Notes: generated from the letters alone by a model not told the origin. A stretch of 32,000 bases of DNA from Breznakia sp. PF5-3 (GCF_029504745.1 NZ_JAQFIQ010000004.1:30001-62000), one strand, 5' to 3'. Positions 1 to 11,500 are shown, numbered from the stretch's first letter. Made by a program: numbers and translations.

Positions 1-107
1 TTAAAAAGAACTTGATAAAATATGAGTTTTTAATATTTAAAAGTTCCATATGAATTTTTTCTATGAAGATAAACAATACACAAAATTCAATAACCCGAAG
101 TTTACTT

Positions 108-494
108 CTATGCTTCTACAATTTTATAACCTGCATGGTTTAGAGCGTCTATCGCTTTTTGATAGTTTTCTTCTTTCGTTAATATATAATCTGTATTAAA
201 TGTTGAGATTGCAAAAATGCCAATCTTATTCTCTGCTAAAATACCAGAAATTTTAGCTAATATTCCAATTAATGAAAAATCTAACGTTCCCTGAATACGA
301 AAAGCTTTCCAACCATCATCTCTTTCGGATATGTTAGTTGGTATTTTATTGGTTGGACACACTAACGAGTTTTCTTCATCTGTTTTTCCAGTAAAACAAA
401 ACTCAGCATTCAAATCTACAAGTGAATAATCCGCCACTTTACATACTGAAAAATCATAATCTATCTTTTTTATTTCCATCATCAATTTCCTCAT
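108..494 (-). CDS. Small stand-alone ACT-domain (ACT_7/CASTOR-like) ligand-binding protein
   Basis: 128-aa ORF. The stretch GWKAFRIQGTLDFSLIGILAKISGILAENKIGIFAISTFNTDYILTKEE resembles small ACT-type regulatory domains. The internal Met (MMEIKK) may be the true start. Family recognised from memory, not searched. Confidence 0.55.
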   Translation of the reverse strand: MRKLMMEIKKIDYDFSVCKVADYSLVDLNAEFCFTGKTDEENSLVCPTNKIPTNISERDDGWKAFRIQGTLDFSLIGILAKISGILAENKIGIFAISTFNTDYILTKEENYQKAIDALNHAGYKIVEA

Positions 495-519
495 ATTTCT
501 TCATTATATTATACCAGTA

Positions 520-930
520 TTATTTTTCATTTGTACTTCCAATTTCAATTAAGTTTCCTTCAGGATCTGCAACATAAAAATTTCGAATTCCAAAAGGATA
601 TGTTGTTGGTTCTCCAGCAGGAAAGGGAACATCTAATTTGGATAATCTTTCATATTCTATATCTACATCTTCATAAGTAGGTAACCAAAAGGCAATCTCA
701 AAGGATTGATTTATTCCTTTTGAAGGAATGTAAGGCTCATTAAATGTCTTTACAAATTCTTTTCTACTATAAAGCCATAATGCAAGATATCCACTTGCCG
801 TTTTTATCTCTGCAAAATCATCGCCAAGCCACTCTGCTTGAAACCCCAATGTTTCATTATAAAATTTTACCATTTTAACCATATCATCTGCTAATAAAGC
901 TGTTCCTACTTTTACACAATCACCATTCAT
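520..930 (-). CDS. VOC (glyoxalase/bleomycin-resistance/dioxygenase) superfamily protein
   Basis: 136-aa ORF. The size and the C-terminal FYVADPEGNLIEI motif are typical of VOC-fold proteins. Confidence 0.7.
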   Translation of the reverse strand: MNGDCVKVGTALLADDMVKMVKFYNETLGFQAEWLGDDFAEIKTASGYLALWLYSRKEFVKTFNEPYIPSKGINQSFEIAFWLPTYEDVDIEYERLSKLDVPFPAGEPTTYPFGIRNFYVADPEGNLIEIGSTNEK

Positions 931-990
931 TGCTAATTACCTCCTAACATTACTCATATTATAAAGGAATATAATTTATCAAACAATATT

Positions 991-1020
991 AAAAACAGTC
1001 AATTTAAATGGATTGACTGT
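991..1020 (-). terminator. Intrinsic terminator downstream of the 1049-1495 gene
   Basis: Stem ACAGTCAAT (995-1003) pairs with ATTGACTGT (1012-1020), with an 8-nt loop. The A-run at 991-994 gives a U-run on the minus strand. Confidence 0.5.
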
Positions 1021-1048
1021 TAGAGTACATAATAAATAATTGAAGATA

Positions 1049-1495
1049 TTACCATGTGTTTTGTTGGATTTGTCGAATTGCTTTTTGTCTATCTTGATAG
1101 ATTAATTTTTGCATACTATCGTTGTATACCTTATCAAAAGTTTGTAAAGATTCAAGAATTTTATCAGTCAATTCAGGTTTGTTTTGAGCGATGATATAAG
1201 TATCTTTTATACATTGTCGTGATGTTATTGGTTTTTCATCTTCTATGTGTGTTAAGTATTCATCAATAACAAGATTGATCTTATTTTCATTATCCCATTT
1301 TGAATTGAAAGCAATTAAACGCAATCCTCTTGTTCTGATATAAGAATTTGAATTGCTCATCATAGCAACAAATTCATCGAAATATGCATATACTTCATCT
1401 GATTTGCTACTTATCTCTAAAAGTTCTTTTAAAGCTTTATAAGCAACTGTGTTATCTGAATTGGATAGTAATGAAATTTTTTCATCGAGATTCAT
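1049..1495 (-). CDS. Hypothetical all-alpha (HEAT/ARM-like) protein
   Basis: 148-aa ORF with the same compact spacing as its neighbours and a helical-repeat-like composition. I recognised no catalytic motif. Confidence 0.45.
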   Translation of the reverse strand: MNLDEKISLLSNSDNTVAYKALKELLEISSKSDEVYAYFDEFVAMMSNSNSYIRTRGLRLIAFNSKWDNENKINLVIDEYLTHIEDEKPITSRQCIKDTYIIAQNKPELTDKILESLQTFDKVYNDSMQKLIYQDRQKAIRQIQQNTW

Positions 1496-1551
1496 ATCGC
1501 ACCTCCTAAATGTGAAGTTCTTGTTTAAACGGTTCTAATATGCAAGAAGTA

Positions 1552-1845
1552 TTAATCTTTTTTATTCTTAAAAGCCAATCTTCCAGAAATAGCGCTCAGT
1601 ATAATTAAACCAATACCTATGGTATCTACAAGCGAAAATGCTGTTTTATGTCTATTTCCAACTAAAAGTGAGCGTCCAAAAGTTCCACCATAATATAAAT
1701 AAATAATATAACTACCATATGCTAGAAAAACAACAGAAATCGTTAATATGAGTATTTGATTAATGCGCTCACCTTTCGAATTGCGCCCAAATAAAGAGCT
1801 ATACAATCCAGATATTCCTATCAATATTAGCATAAAAGCTACCAT
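1552..1845 (-). CDS. Small integral membrane protein (about 3 TM helices)
   Basis: 97-aa ORF with three hydrophobic stretches (FMLILIGISGLYSSLF, ILILTISVVFLAYGSYIIYLYY, IGIGLIILSAISG). A GGAGGG-type RBS lies upstream on the minus strand. Confidence 0.5.
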   Translation of the reverse strand: MVAFMLILIGISGLYSSLFGRNSKGERINQILILTISVVFLAYGSYIIYLYYGGTFGRSLLVGNRHKTAFSLVDTIGIGLIILSAISGRLAFKNKKD

Positions 1846-1924
1846 ATAATGGCCCTCCTTTTAAATGTTTTTACGCTTACTATGAGTTTATTATAATCAA
1901 TTGTATAAGAAATTGAAATATTTT

Positions 1925-3103
1925 CTATATTTTCTGCATATATTCGTGCATGCTTTGGGCAACTAATTTTGCTTGATTAACAGCTTCTACTACTGTTTTT
2001 GCACCATGTACAACATCACCAGCTGCAAAAATACCTGGGCGTGTTGTATTCCCGATAGAATCAGTTATCAGTAACCCTTTGTCAGATGAATTTAAACCCT
2101 CCGTTGTCGTAGTCAGTTTATCTTTTGGACCTTGACTTACGGAAATAATAATAGAATCTGCTTGTACATGAAGCTCGTTAGCATCTTCTTTAAAGATGAT
2201 ACCTGTGTCTGTGATTTTTACAGGTGTCATATGAAATCTGAAATCAGCTCCATCCAATTTTGCTTTTTGATATTCAATGGTGTTAGCTGAAATTTTATTG
2301 CTTCGTGCATAGAGTGTTACTTGTTTTGCACCATTTCTTAGTGCAGTACGGGCAACGTCCATCGCAGCATTTCCCATCCCAATAATAACTACATTATCTC
2401 CCAAATGGAAAGATTCAGGGCTGGCTAGATAATCAATTGCATAATGGACATGACCAAAGCTTTCACCTTCAATGCCAAGGCTATTAGCTCTCCATGTACC
2501 TGTTCCAGCAAAGATACTAAGATAACCATCACGGAATAAATCATCGATTTTCAAAGTTCCTCCAATGGTTACATTCAGCCGTATTTTTACACCGATATCT
2601 AATAATTTCTTATGGTATCTTTCCAATATACTTTTGGGTAAACGAAATTCTGGAATACCATATCTAAGAACTCCACCCAATTCACTTCTTGATTCAAAAA
2701 TAGTAACATTATATCCAAGCTTAGCTAGAATTAAACTAATGGTAATACCAGCGGGCCCAGAACCAATGATTGCTACTTTCTTGTTATTTTGTTGTTCAAT
2801 CGGAATGGTCATTTTATCAAAATATGTATCCGAGATATAATTCTCAATGGCACTAAATTGAATAGGAACCTGTTTTTTATTTAAGATACAGTTGCCTTCA
2901 CATTGTTGTTCATGATTGCAAACAAGTGCACATATAATTGATAATGGATTGTTATTGAAAAGTAGTTCTCCAGCAGCATCTATTGAATCATTCTCTAGTA
3001 AATCAATAACCTGTGGAATGGGTGTACTGATGGGACATCCCTTTTGACAAAATGGTGCTTTGCAGCGCAGACACCGTTGTGTTTCTTGTAAAATATTAAT
3101 CAT
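1925..3103 (-). CDS. GltD-like NAD(P)H-dependent Fe-S/FAD oxidoreductase (glutamate synthase small-subunit family)
   Basis: N-terminal Cys clusters (CLRCKAPFCQKGCP, CEGNC). Two Rossmann GxGxxG motifs (IIGSGPAG, IIGMGNAAMD). C-terminal FAAGD. I place the start at the MINILQ Met (ATG at 3103), because the 22 extra codons of the track ORF lack an RBS. Confidence 0.8.
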   Translation of the reverse strand: MINILQETQRCLRCKAPFCQKGCPISTPIPQVIDLLENDSIDAAGELLFNNNPLSIICALVCNHEQQCEGNCILNKKQVPIQFSAIENYISDTYFDKMTIPIEQQNNKKVAIIGSGPAGITISLILAKLGYNVTIFESRSELGGVLRYGIPEFRLPKSILERYHKKLLDIGVKIRLNVTIGGTLKIDDLFRDGYLSIFAGTGTWRANSLGIEGESFGHVHYAIDYLASPESFHLGDNVVIIGMGNAAMDVARTALRNGAKQVTLYARSNKISANTIEYQKAKLDGADFRFHMTPVKITDTGIIFKEDANELHVQADSIIISVSQGPKDKLTTTTEGLNSSDKGLLITDSIGNTTRPGIFAAGDVVHGAKTVVEAVNQAKLVAQSMHEYMQKI

Positions 3104-3352
3104 TGTAGTCTCTCTTTCTCTTTCAAACAAAAATAAAAATTTATATATAGAATAAGAAAATAAAACCAAAGTTATTTCCTATTTATAATAAATTTATTAA
3201 ACTGATTATAGCATGCATAAAAGCAATTACAATAGCAAATGTGAAAAAAACGCATTTTTTCACTAGTGAATTTTTTAGCTAGTCGTAATAGTAGATCTTC
3301 ACATTAATAACAATAAAAAAATATCTAAAATTTTATTTATTGTAGGCAAAAT

Positions 3353-3379
3353 AAAAGTAGATTTATAAATCTACTTTTT
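3353..3379. terminator. Bidirectional hairpin terminator downstream of the GH1 gene
   Basis: AAAAGTAGATT (3353-3363) pairs with AATCTACTTTT (3369-3379), with a 5-nt loop and A/T runs on both sides. Confidence 0.45.
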
Positions 3380-3441
3380 AAGTATAAAATCATTGAAATT
3401 TATGGGTTATTTCTACAATGTTTATTATTTAACAAAACTTA

Positions 3442-4914
<1,473 letters not shown>

Positions 4915-5102
4915 TTACCTCCTTCTGTCATTTTTCATAATAAGTGAAGTTTATCGTTTAATCAATGAAATTCATGCCATGGTACAAATGTTGTAACCTA
5001 GATGAAGAAGGGTGCAAATGATGTCACACAGGAAGTATATAATAGCTGTATATTTGAATGTGTAAGTAAGCAAAATAAGAAACAAATAGGGAGGTTTATA
5101 TT

Positions 5103-6461
5103 ATGAATTTTGAACTTATATCAAAAGAATTGTTAGAGATTATTGATAGCAATAATATTAATAATGTCACTCATTGTGCTACTAGACTTAGAGTAAAAGT
5201 ACAAAATATTGATAAAATCAATATAACAAAAATTGAAAAAGTAGAAGGCGTTTTAGGGGTTGTAAAGCAAGGGGATACTTTACAAATTATATTTGGCCCT
5301 AATGTAGAAAATGTACATAATTCATTTGCAAAATTATACGAATCAAAAAAGCAAAAAAGTGAAGAACTACAAGAACAAAATGATGAAAAAGGGAAAGAGA
5401 ATTTATTTTCAAGAGCATTAAGTTTCTTAGCAGCAGCTTTTTTGCCAACAATGCCGATTGTTGTAGCAACAGGATTAATTTCAGCAATTTTAAACATTTT
5501 AGTTTTAACAATAGGTTTAAAGACGGATTCACCTACTTATGAATTAATAAGCGCAATTGCTAGTACAGGATTCTTTTTCCTACCTTTGTATGTAGGATAT
5601 GGTTGTGCGAAACAACTGAATATCAATCCAGTATATGGGATATTTTTAGGGGCAGTGTTATTAAATCAAGGTATTAATGGTGTTGAGGGGCTTAATCTTT
5701 TTGGATTACCAGTTGTAACCACAACTTATTCATACACGGCGTTACCTGTGTTATTAGGAGTAATTATTATGGCGCAAACACATAAATTAATTTCTAATAA
5801 AATACCAAGTTATCTAAAAGATGTTTTAATTCCATTGATTGTAATTTGTGTAGGGGTTCTTGCTACCTTGTTGATTGTAGGTCCTCTTGGTGTGATTTTA
5901 GGAGAATGGATGACAGATGGCTTTGTATTTATTCACAATAAAATTGGATGTCTTGCGCTTGGAATCGTGGGTGCATTGTTTGGTTTCACTGTTTTAACAG
6001 GAACAAATAAGGCATTGGTCCCAATTATGGTTACATCACTTGCTACACAAGGGTATGATACATTCTTAATACCAGCAATGTTAGGGACAAACATTGCTAT
6101 CGCAACAGCAACTCTAGCTGTGGCATATTTAGAAAAAGATCCAGTAAAAAAGGGAACTCAAATATCAGCTGGAGTTACAGGACTTATGGGAATTTCTGAG
6201 CCTTCTTTATTCGGTGTATTGCTAAATGATAAAAAAGCATTATATGGGTCGATGATTGGAGGAGCAGTCGGTGGTATTCTAGCAGGTATTACGAACTTAG
6301 CGCAAAATTCAATTGTTTCTGGGATTCCAGGATTGCCAACGATGGTAATTTCTGCTCCACCGTACAGCGGATTATCCAATATGTATAGTGGTATTGCTGT
6401 AATTGTAGTTGCTGGGATAGTCGGATTTGGAACTACAATATTTTTGAAAAAAAGAAGTTAA
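5103..6461 (+). CDS. PTS beta-glucoside-family EIIBC component (no fused EIIA)
   Basis: 452 aa. The N-terminal EIIB has the phospho-cysteine motif THCATRLRV. This is followed by about 10 hydrophobic helices (EIIC). An RBS GGGAGG lies 8 nt upstream. Confidence 0.85.
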   Translation: MNFELISKELLEIIDSNNINNVTHCATRLRVKVQNIDKINITKIEKVEGVLGVVKQGDTLQIIFGPNVENVHNSFAKLYESKKQKSEELQEQNDEKGKENLFSRALSFLAAAFLPTMPIVVATGLISAILNILVLTIGLKTDSPTYELISAIASTGFFFLPLYVGYGCAKQLNINPVYGIFLGAVLLNQGINGVEGLNLFGLPVVTTTYSYTALPVLLGVIIMAQTHKLISNKIPSYLKDVLIPLIVICVGVLATLLIVGPLGVILGEWMTDGFVFIHNKIGCLALGIVGALFGFTVLTGTNKALVPIMVTSLATQGYDTFLIPAMLGTNIAIATATLAVAYLEKDPVKKGTQISAGVTGLMGISEPSLFGVLLNDKKALYGSMIGGAVGGILAGITNLAQNSIVSGIPGLPTMVISAPPYSGLSNMYSGIAVIVVAGIVGFGTTIFLKKRS

Positions 6462-6476
6462 ATATTAGCTTTAAAT

Positions 6477-6506
6477 AAAAACGTCATTTTAAGAAATGAC
6501 GTTTTT
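6477..6506. terminator. Bidirectional intrinsic terminator between convergent EIIBC and rpiR-like genes
   Basis: ACGTCATTT (6481-6489) pairs with AAATGACGT (6494-6502), loop TAAG, flanked by AAAA and TTTTT. Confidence 0.7.
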
Positions 6507-6515
6507 GTTTGATTG

Positions 6516-7331
6516 CTATCTTGTTTTTTTATATATTGAAGCATATTCATAATATAGGAAATCAAAGAATAAATTTGTTGCATATTTTCTATTAACAACT
6601 TCTTTTTTGATCGTTTCAGTAGAAATCTGATCGGTGAAATTATACAACATATTGTTTGTTAACCGAATTATATCCTTGAATACAGAGTGATTATATTGGG
6701 TGTTTAATGTTACTAAATAAACAGGACATTTTATTTCTTCTAATTCACTGACAATCGTATGTGCTAATACAGCACTTGATGAAGCGACAATCATAATATC
6801 ATCATTTTGAATATTTATATCTTTGCTTTTTTCAAAGTTTATAATAATATCCCAAAAACAGTTAAATCGTAGAAATTGCATTTGCATATCTTCTACCATT
6901 CTTGTTGTCGAAGTAGATGTTAACCAATAAATATTCTTGGCATTGTGCATACCTTCAGCTAAGTTTTTTATTTTATCGAGAATCTGTGATGTATTTTTTT
7001 GGAAAAAAGATTGGATTTCGCTAATTTGAGTAATATGTTCATCAACATAATTATTGCGTTCTAATTCCTTTTCAAACATACTTATATCATACGGAATGGT
7101 AAACTCATTTTTAAAATCCAAAAAACTCTCATGATCCAATTTTTGAAAAAATCTGCGAACTGTCGCCCTTGAAACGTTACATTCTTCAGATACATCATAG
7201 ATGTTAATACTTTTTATGTTATCAAATCTTTTGAGGAAATATTTTGATAATATTTTTTCTGTTGAATGTATGGGTGATTCATTATATAAGCGTAGTAATA
7301 GTAAAAATGTGCCATACCTTTCTTTTGACAT
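6516..7331 (-). CDS. RpiR/MurR-family transcriptional regulator (HTH_6 + SIS-like domain)
   Basis: 271 aa. N-terminal HTH with NVSRATVRRFFQKLDHESFLDFKNEF, typical of RpiR. The C-terminal half is SIS-like. Confidence 0.8.
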   Translation of the reverse strand: MSKERYGTFLLLLRLYNESPIHSTEKILSKYFLKRFDNIKSINIYDVSEECNVSRATVRRFFQKLDHESFLDFKNEFTIPYDISMFEKELERNNYVDEHITQISEIQSFFQKNTSQILDKIKNLAEGMHNAKNIYWLTSTSTTRMVEDMQMQFLRFNCFWDIIINFEKSKDINIQNDDIMIVASSSAVLAHTIVSELEEIKCPVYLVTLNTQYNHSVFKDIIRLTNNMLYNFTDQISTETIKKEVVNRKYATNLFFDFLYYEYASIYKKTR

Positions 7332-7458
7332 ATAGGTTCTCCTTCTACTTATAGTTGTTATTGATATAAAATTATTCTATCATCTTTTTATAGAATTAAA
7401 ATGGAATTGCTATGATTCATTTTCAGAAAACAACAAAGATACTCTAATTCTTTTAGAA

Positions 7459-7944
7459 CTATTTTAAAATACGAATAATATATTCAGATAGGTTGTTAGG
7501 GCTTGTATTTGTTAGTACCTCACCAAAATCCTTTGTATTTACAACGATTATCATAATTGTAACATCATAGCCTTTTTGTTTTATCTTATCAAACTCAACA
7601 TCACATAACTTATCCCCTTTTATAATATGTTGTCCTTGCTCAACAAAGCAATCAAAATGTTCTCCATTTAAATTTACTGTATCAATTCCAATATGTATTA
7701 GTATTTCAGCACCTTCAACAGTTTTAATTCCAATTGCATGTTTGGTAGGAAAAACAGTACATACTTCACCTGAAACTGGAGAATATATACTATTGTTATC
7801 AGATGGAATTATACCAACTCCTTTTCCTAACATTTCTTTACTGAATACTTCATCCTTTACGTCTGATAATGGAATAATTGTACCTTCTGTGATGTTAAAA
7901 ACATCGACTAAATTATTTTTTGCTCTTGCTTTAAATAGTTTCAT
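7459..7944 (-). CDS. PTS EIIA component, glucose family
   Basis: 161 aa. Contains the HAIGI...HIGIDTVNLNGEHF motif with the two conserved His residues of EIIA-Glc. Confidence 0.85.
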   Translation of the reverse strand: MKLFKARAKNNLVDVFNITEGTIIPLSDVKDEVFSKEMLGKGVGIIPSDNNSIYSPVSGEVCTVFPTKHAIGIKTVEGAEILIHIGIDTVNLNGEHFDCFVEQGQHIIKGDKLCDVEFDKIKQKGYDVTIMIIVVNTKDFGEVLTNTSPNNLSEYIIRILK

Positions 7945-8230
7945 AACTTATCTTACCTTTCTGTAATAGCTACTTATTATATTGAGTAGTTTGATAAAAA
8001 TTATACAATCTTTTTATTATTCTTGTGTAACAAGATTTGCACCATTGAATTATTTGCTAGAAACTGCAATGTTGTTTTAAAAAAAAATGATTGGATAATA
8101 AATATTTTCTTTAAGCAGAAAAATTAAAAGTAATATTTCATGTTTATTTAGTATTATGAATGATTTTAAATTATGTTTAAAAGAATGAATTTTTGAAATG
8201 ATAATGATATATATATATGTAAGAACCAGA

Positions 8231-8258
8231 TTGACAATTGTCATATCTGTGCTATCAT
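8231..8258 (+). promoter_or_regulatory. Sigma-A-type promoter (TTGACA, 16-nt spacer, TGcTATCAT) with a palindromic operator candidate
   Basis: -35 TTGACA at 8231-8236. Extended -10 TGCTATCAT at 8250-8258. The -35 box lies inside the perfect 12-bp palindrome TGACAATTGTCA (8232-8243). Confidence 0.55.
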
Positions 8259-8278
8259 TTAATTAGATAAATAAAGCT

Positions 8279-8320
8279 AGATTGTAACTATACGATTTCG
8301 GTGTGTGGGCAAAACTGGTA
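8279..8320 (+). promoter_or_regulatory. RAT-like (ribonucleic antiterminator-like) element overlapping the terminator 5' arm
   Basis: AGATTGTAACT...GGGCAAAACTGG matches both conserved halves of BglG/SacY/LicT RAT sites as I remember them (GGATTGTTACTG...CAGGCAAAACC). The apical spacer is about 10 nt longer than in classical RATs. Confidence 0.35.
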
Positions 8321-8350
8321 TGATCTTTTTGATTGTACCAGTTTTTTTAT
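8311..8350 (+). terminator. Strong intrinsic terminator/attenuator in the leader of the first GH84 gene
   Basis: 15-bp stem, 8311-8325 pairing with 8331-8345 (two G-U pairs), loop TTTTT, followed by TTTATTTT. It lies about 190 nt upstream of the GH84 start codon. Confidence 0.75.
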
Positions 8351-8537
8351 TTTCGCTTTGTATAGTTTTCTATTTTAGCTATCTAACCCAAAGGAGGTGG
8401 ATGGGCAATATGTCGATATAAATGCTTATATACAAACAGTGAGGGAACGGAGGGCAAAAACTAAGTAGAATAGAATTTGATTTTTTTGTGTATTTAAGAA
8501 TTCAGTAAATAGGCTGGAAAGGAGAAGTGCATATTGA

Positions 8538-11500
8538 TTGTATCAATATGTTACAAATACAAAAATGAAAAGATATTTAATACGGTTTTTAGTTTTTGGT
8601 TTATCGATAGTATGTATATTTCAAAATATGATGGTTACAAGAATAGGTGCAGAAGAGAATAATGGAGCTGCAAATAACTTGGTAGTACAACCTAAAGATA
8701 TTACATATGGAGAAAGTGTGCTTCATTTAAGTGATGAAGTATATTTAAAAGCAGATACAGCAGATGAAGATGCTGTACGCGAGCTTAAAGCATTTTTGGA
8801 GGGAAATGGAATATCAGTAATAGATACTGAAAAAGCTGATGCAACAACAATTTGGTTGGCAGAAAGTGATGATTCAGTATCAGGATTAGATGCTGTAAGA
8901 AATAATATGGGCTTACAAGATGCAACTGATTTAAAACAGGAAGGGTATGTTTTAGGGGTATCAAATGCACTTACAGCAAATGGTGACATTGTGATTATAG
9001 GAAAGGATGAAGACGGAACATTCTATGGTGTTCAAACATTGATTCAACTTGCTCAGGGAAAAGATATATCAGAAGTTGTAATTAGTGATGAACCAACGAT
9101 GGCAAGTCGTGGTAGTATTGAAGGGTTTTATGCACATGTCAACAAGGGTGGAGCTGAATGGACATGGGAGCAAAGAAAAGATCAAGTCAGATTTTATGGA
9201 AAAACAAAAATGAATACCTACATCTTTGCACCGAAAGATGACCCATATCATAGGGCAAAATGGAGAGAAGATTATCCAGAAGCAGATATGAAACAGATAA
9301 TTGAAACCGCAGCAATAGCGAAACAAAATAAAGTTGATTTTGTGTTCGCTCTTTCACCAGGTAATGATATTGCCTTAACGGGTGCAAATGCGGAAGCAGA
9401 TTATCAAACGTTAGTAAAGAAATGTAATAAAATGTACGACGGTGGAGTTCGTAGTTTTGCAATTTTCTTTGATGATATAACATTGCGTACAGGAGCAGGA
9501 ACTCAACAATCAGAATTTTTAAATAGATTTAATGAAGAGTTTGTAAAAGCGAAAGGTGATGTGACTCCTTTGGTTACTGTACCAACTCAATATGATACAA
9601 ATGCAATGCGTGATGGTGATAACTTTAAAGAATATACAATTGCATTTTCTGAAAATATTGATGAGGATATCGTTGTATTATGGACAGGTCCATCAACTGT
9701 TCCTGATGGAATAAGTGTAAGTGATACAGAACTTATTAAAACTCTTTATGGGGATAGTTTAGGTATTTGGTGGAATTATCCATGTAATGACTATCAATTG
9801 GCAAAATTAGGATTAGGTCCAATTTATGGATTAGATAACGAGTTAGGCGACATGCTTGACTATTTTGTGATGAATCCAATGGGACATGCAGACTTATCAA
9901 AGATTACGTTAGCAACAGGTGCTGATTATGCTTGGAATACAAAGACATATGATGACAAACGATCATTTAATAATGCAATTAATTATTTATATGGAGATCT
10001 TGCACCATATATGTATACTTTTGCAAACCATTCAACGCGTTTAGCTGGAGCATCTTTCTCTTCAGGTAGAGAAGATGCACAAGAAATCAGAGATTTAATG
10101 GATGTTGTGATTGCGAAAGTAGGTTCAGATATTGATTTAACCAATGATGCAGATATTATCGCTTTAAGAGCTGAATTTGATAAGATGCAAACTTCTGCTG
10201 ATGTGTTATTAGAAGCGTTTGATGCTGATCAACTTTCACATGCAAAACCATATTTAGAAAAATTAAAAGCATTAGGAAAGAATGGTGATTTAGCATTAGA
10301 TCTATTAATCGCTAAGGTTACTTTAGATGATGCAAAAGTAAGTGAATTAACAACTACTTTAAATAAAAATCTTACAAGTTTAAAGAGTGGAAAGTTACTT
10401 TCAGAAAAGGTAGCATTAGAGTTTATTACAAAATCTATTGCATATAAAATAAATCCTACAGCAAATTTTGAATTATCAAAAACATTAGTAGTGCCTGGTG
10501 AAGAAATCACACTAATTAATACAAGTTCATCATCTTCGTTTGAATATGAGTGGGTGATGGAAGGCAGTAGTACAAAGATTTCTCATGAAAAGAATCCAAC
10601 GATTTCTTATCGTAGTGAAGGTGTATATACAATCAAATTGAAAGCAATGAATAAATTTGGTGAAAATGAAATTGTGAAAGAAGACATTGTAGTTGTTACA
10701 AATGAAGCAAGTGAAGCATTTGAGAATATAGCACTTAACAAAACAGCAACTGCATCTGGTTATACAGCGACTGCAGAATCACCAGCGAAAGCAATTGATG
10801 GATTGACTTCTACAAAATGGTGTACAACAAACTGGGGTGCAAAATGGTTACAAGTTAATCTAGGACAACAAAGAACGATTGCAGGGTTTGAAATTTCGCA
10901 TGCTTTGATTGGAGGAGAAGGTGCAGGACTAAATACAAAAGCATATCGAATTGGTGTAAGTAATGATGGTAAAAACTTTGAAGAAGTTGTAGTGGTGGTA
11001 AATAATGAAGCAGGAAAAACAAGTCATATGATTCCTGTAAGAAATGCACAATATGTAAGATTATATATTGATACACCAACCCAAGGAGCAGATAGTGCAG
11101 CACGTATTTATGAATTTGCTGTATATGGATATGAAAATCCAATTACTATGCCAGAAAAATATGATCCTCCTAGTCGCGATGAATTACATGCAATATTATC
11201 AGAAGCAGAAGATATGATTCTTGATGGTAAAGAGGAATTAAAAACAACATCAACATGGGCAGCATTTATGGATGCTTATGAAGCAGCTGAAAATATTGCT
11301 GATGATGCAACAAGCGAAGAAATAAGAGAAGCTACATTGGCATTAGAATTAGCAATCTTAGAATTGGAATCACGTGCAAGTACAAGCTCAATAGAAGTAT
11401 TGACTAGTTTGGTAGAGACTTGTAAAGCGATGGAAGATGATTTCTCAGAAGCAGACTTTGCAGATATGAAAGCACTTATTGAAGAGGCAGAAACATTATT

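Noticed and set aside
2565-2840. Short opposite-strand or out-of-frame ORFs from the track nested in larger genes, for example 2565-2840, 3429-3626, 3686-3940, 4237-4476, 5171-5532, 7742-7966, 17844-18050, 22730-23306, 23818-24006, 24336-24632 and 28802-30712.
   Set aside because: All are embedded in longer ORFs with clear family motifs. None has an RBS or recognisable domain features.
3104-3169. 22-codon N-terminal extension of the GltD-like ORF (MVLFSYSIYKFLFLFERERETT).
   Set aside because: It has no RBS and a hydrophobic, low-complexity sequence. The conserved Fe-S N-terminus starts at the MINILQ Met, which has a purine-rich stretch upstream.
3241-3263. Palindrome GTGAAAAAAACGCATTTTTTCAC, considered as a Rex or CRP/FNR-type site upstream of the GltD-like gene.
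   Set aside because: The half-site spacing (13 nt between GTGAA and TTCAC) does not fit Rex (4 nt) or CRP/FNR (TGTGA-N6-TCACA). It is an AT-only stem of low information.
4991-5019. Second RAT-like string (TTGTAACC...GGGTGCAAAT) upstream of the PTS EIIBC gene.
   Set aside because: Only the TTGTAAC heptamer and a degenerate GGG.GCAAA are shared. The spacing differs from the 8279-8318 element. No terminator hairpin or T-run follows it.
8207-8218. (AT)6 microsatellite just upstream of the GH84 promoter, with similar TA-rich runs near 26141-26158 and 31050-31066, considered as phase-variation tracts.
   Set aside because: They are short, lie outside the -35/-10 spacer, and are expected in roughly 70 percent A+T intergenic DNA.
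8390-8421. Strong Shine-Dalgarno AAAGGAGGTGG followed by a 6-codon mini-ORF, ATG GGC AAT ATG TCG ATA TAA, in the GH84 leader.
   Set aside because: The spacing between GGAGG and the ATG is only about 3 nt, and the ORF is tiny. There is no associated structure. It is more likely a chance purine-rich run, though a regulatory uORF cannot be excluded.
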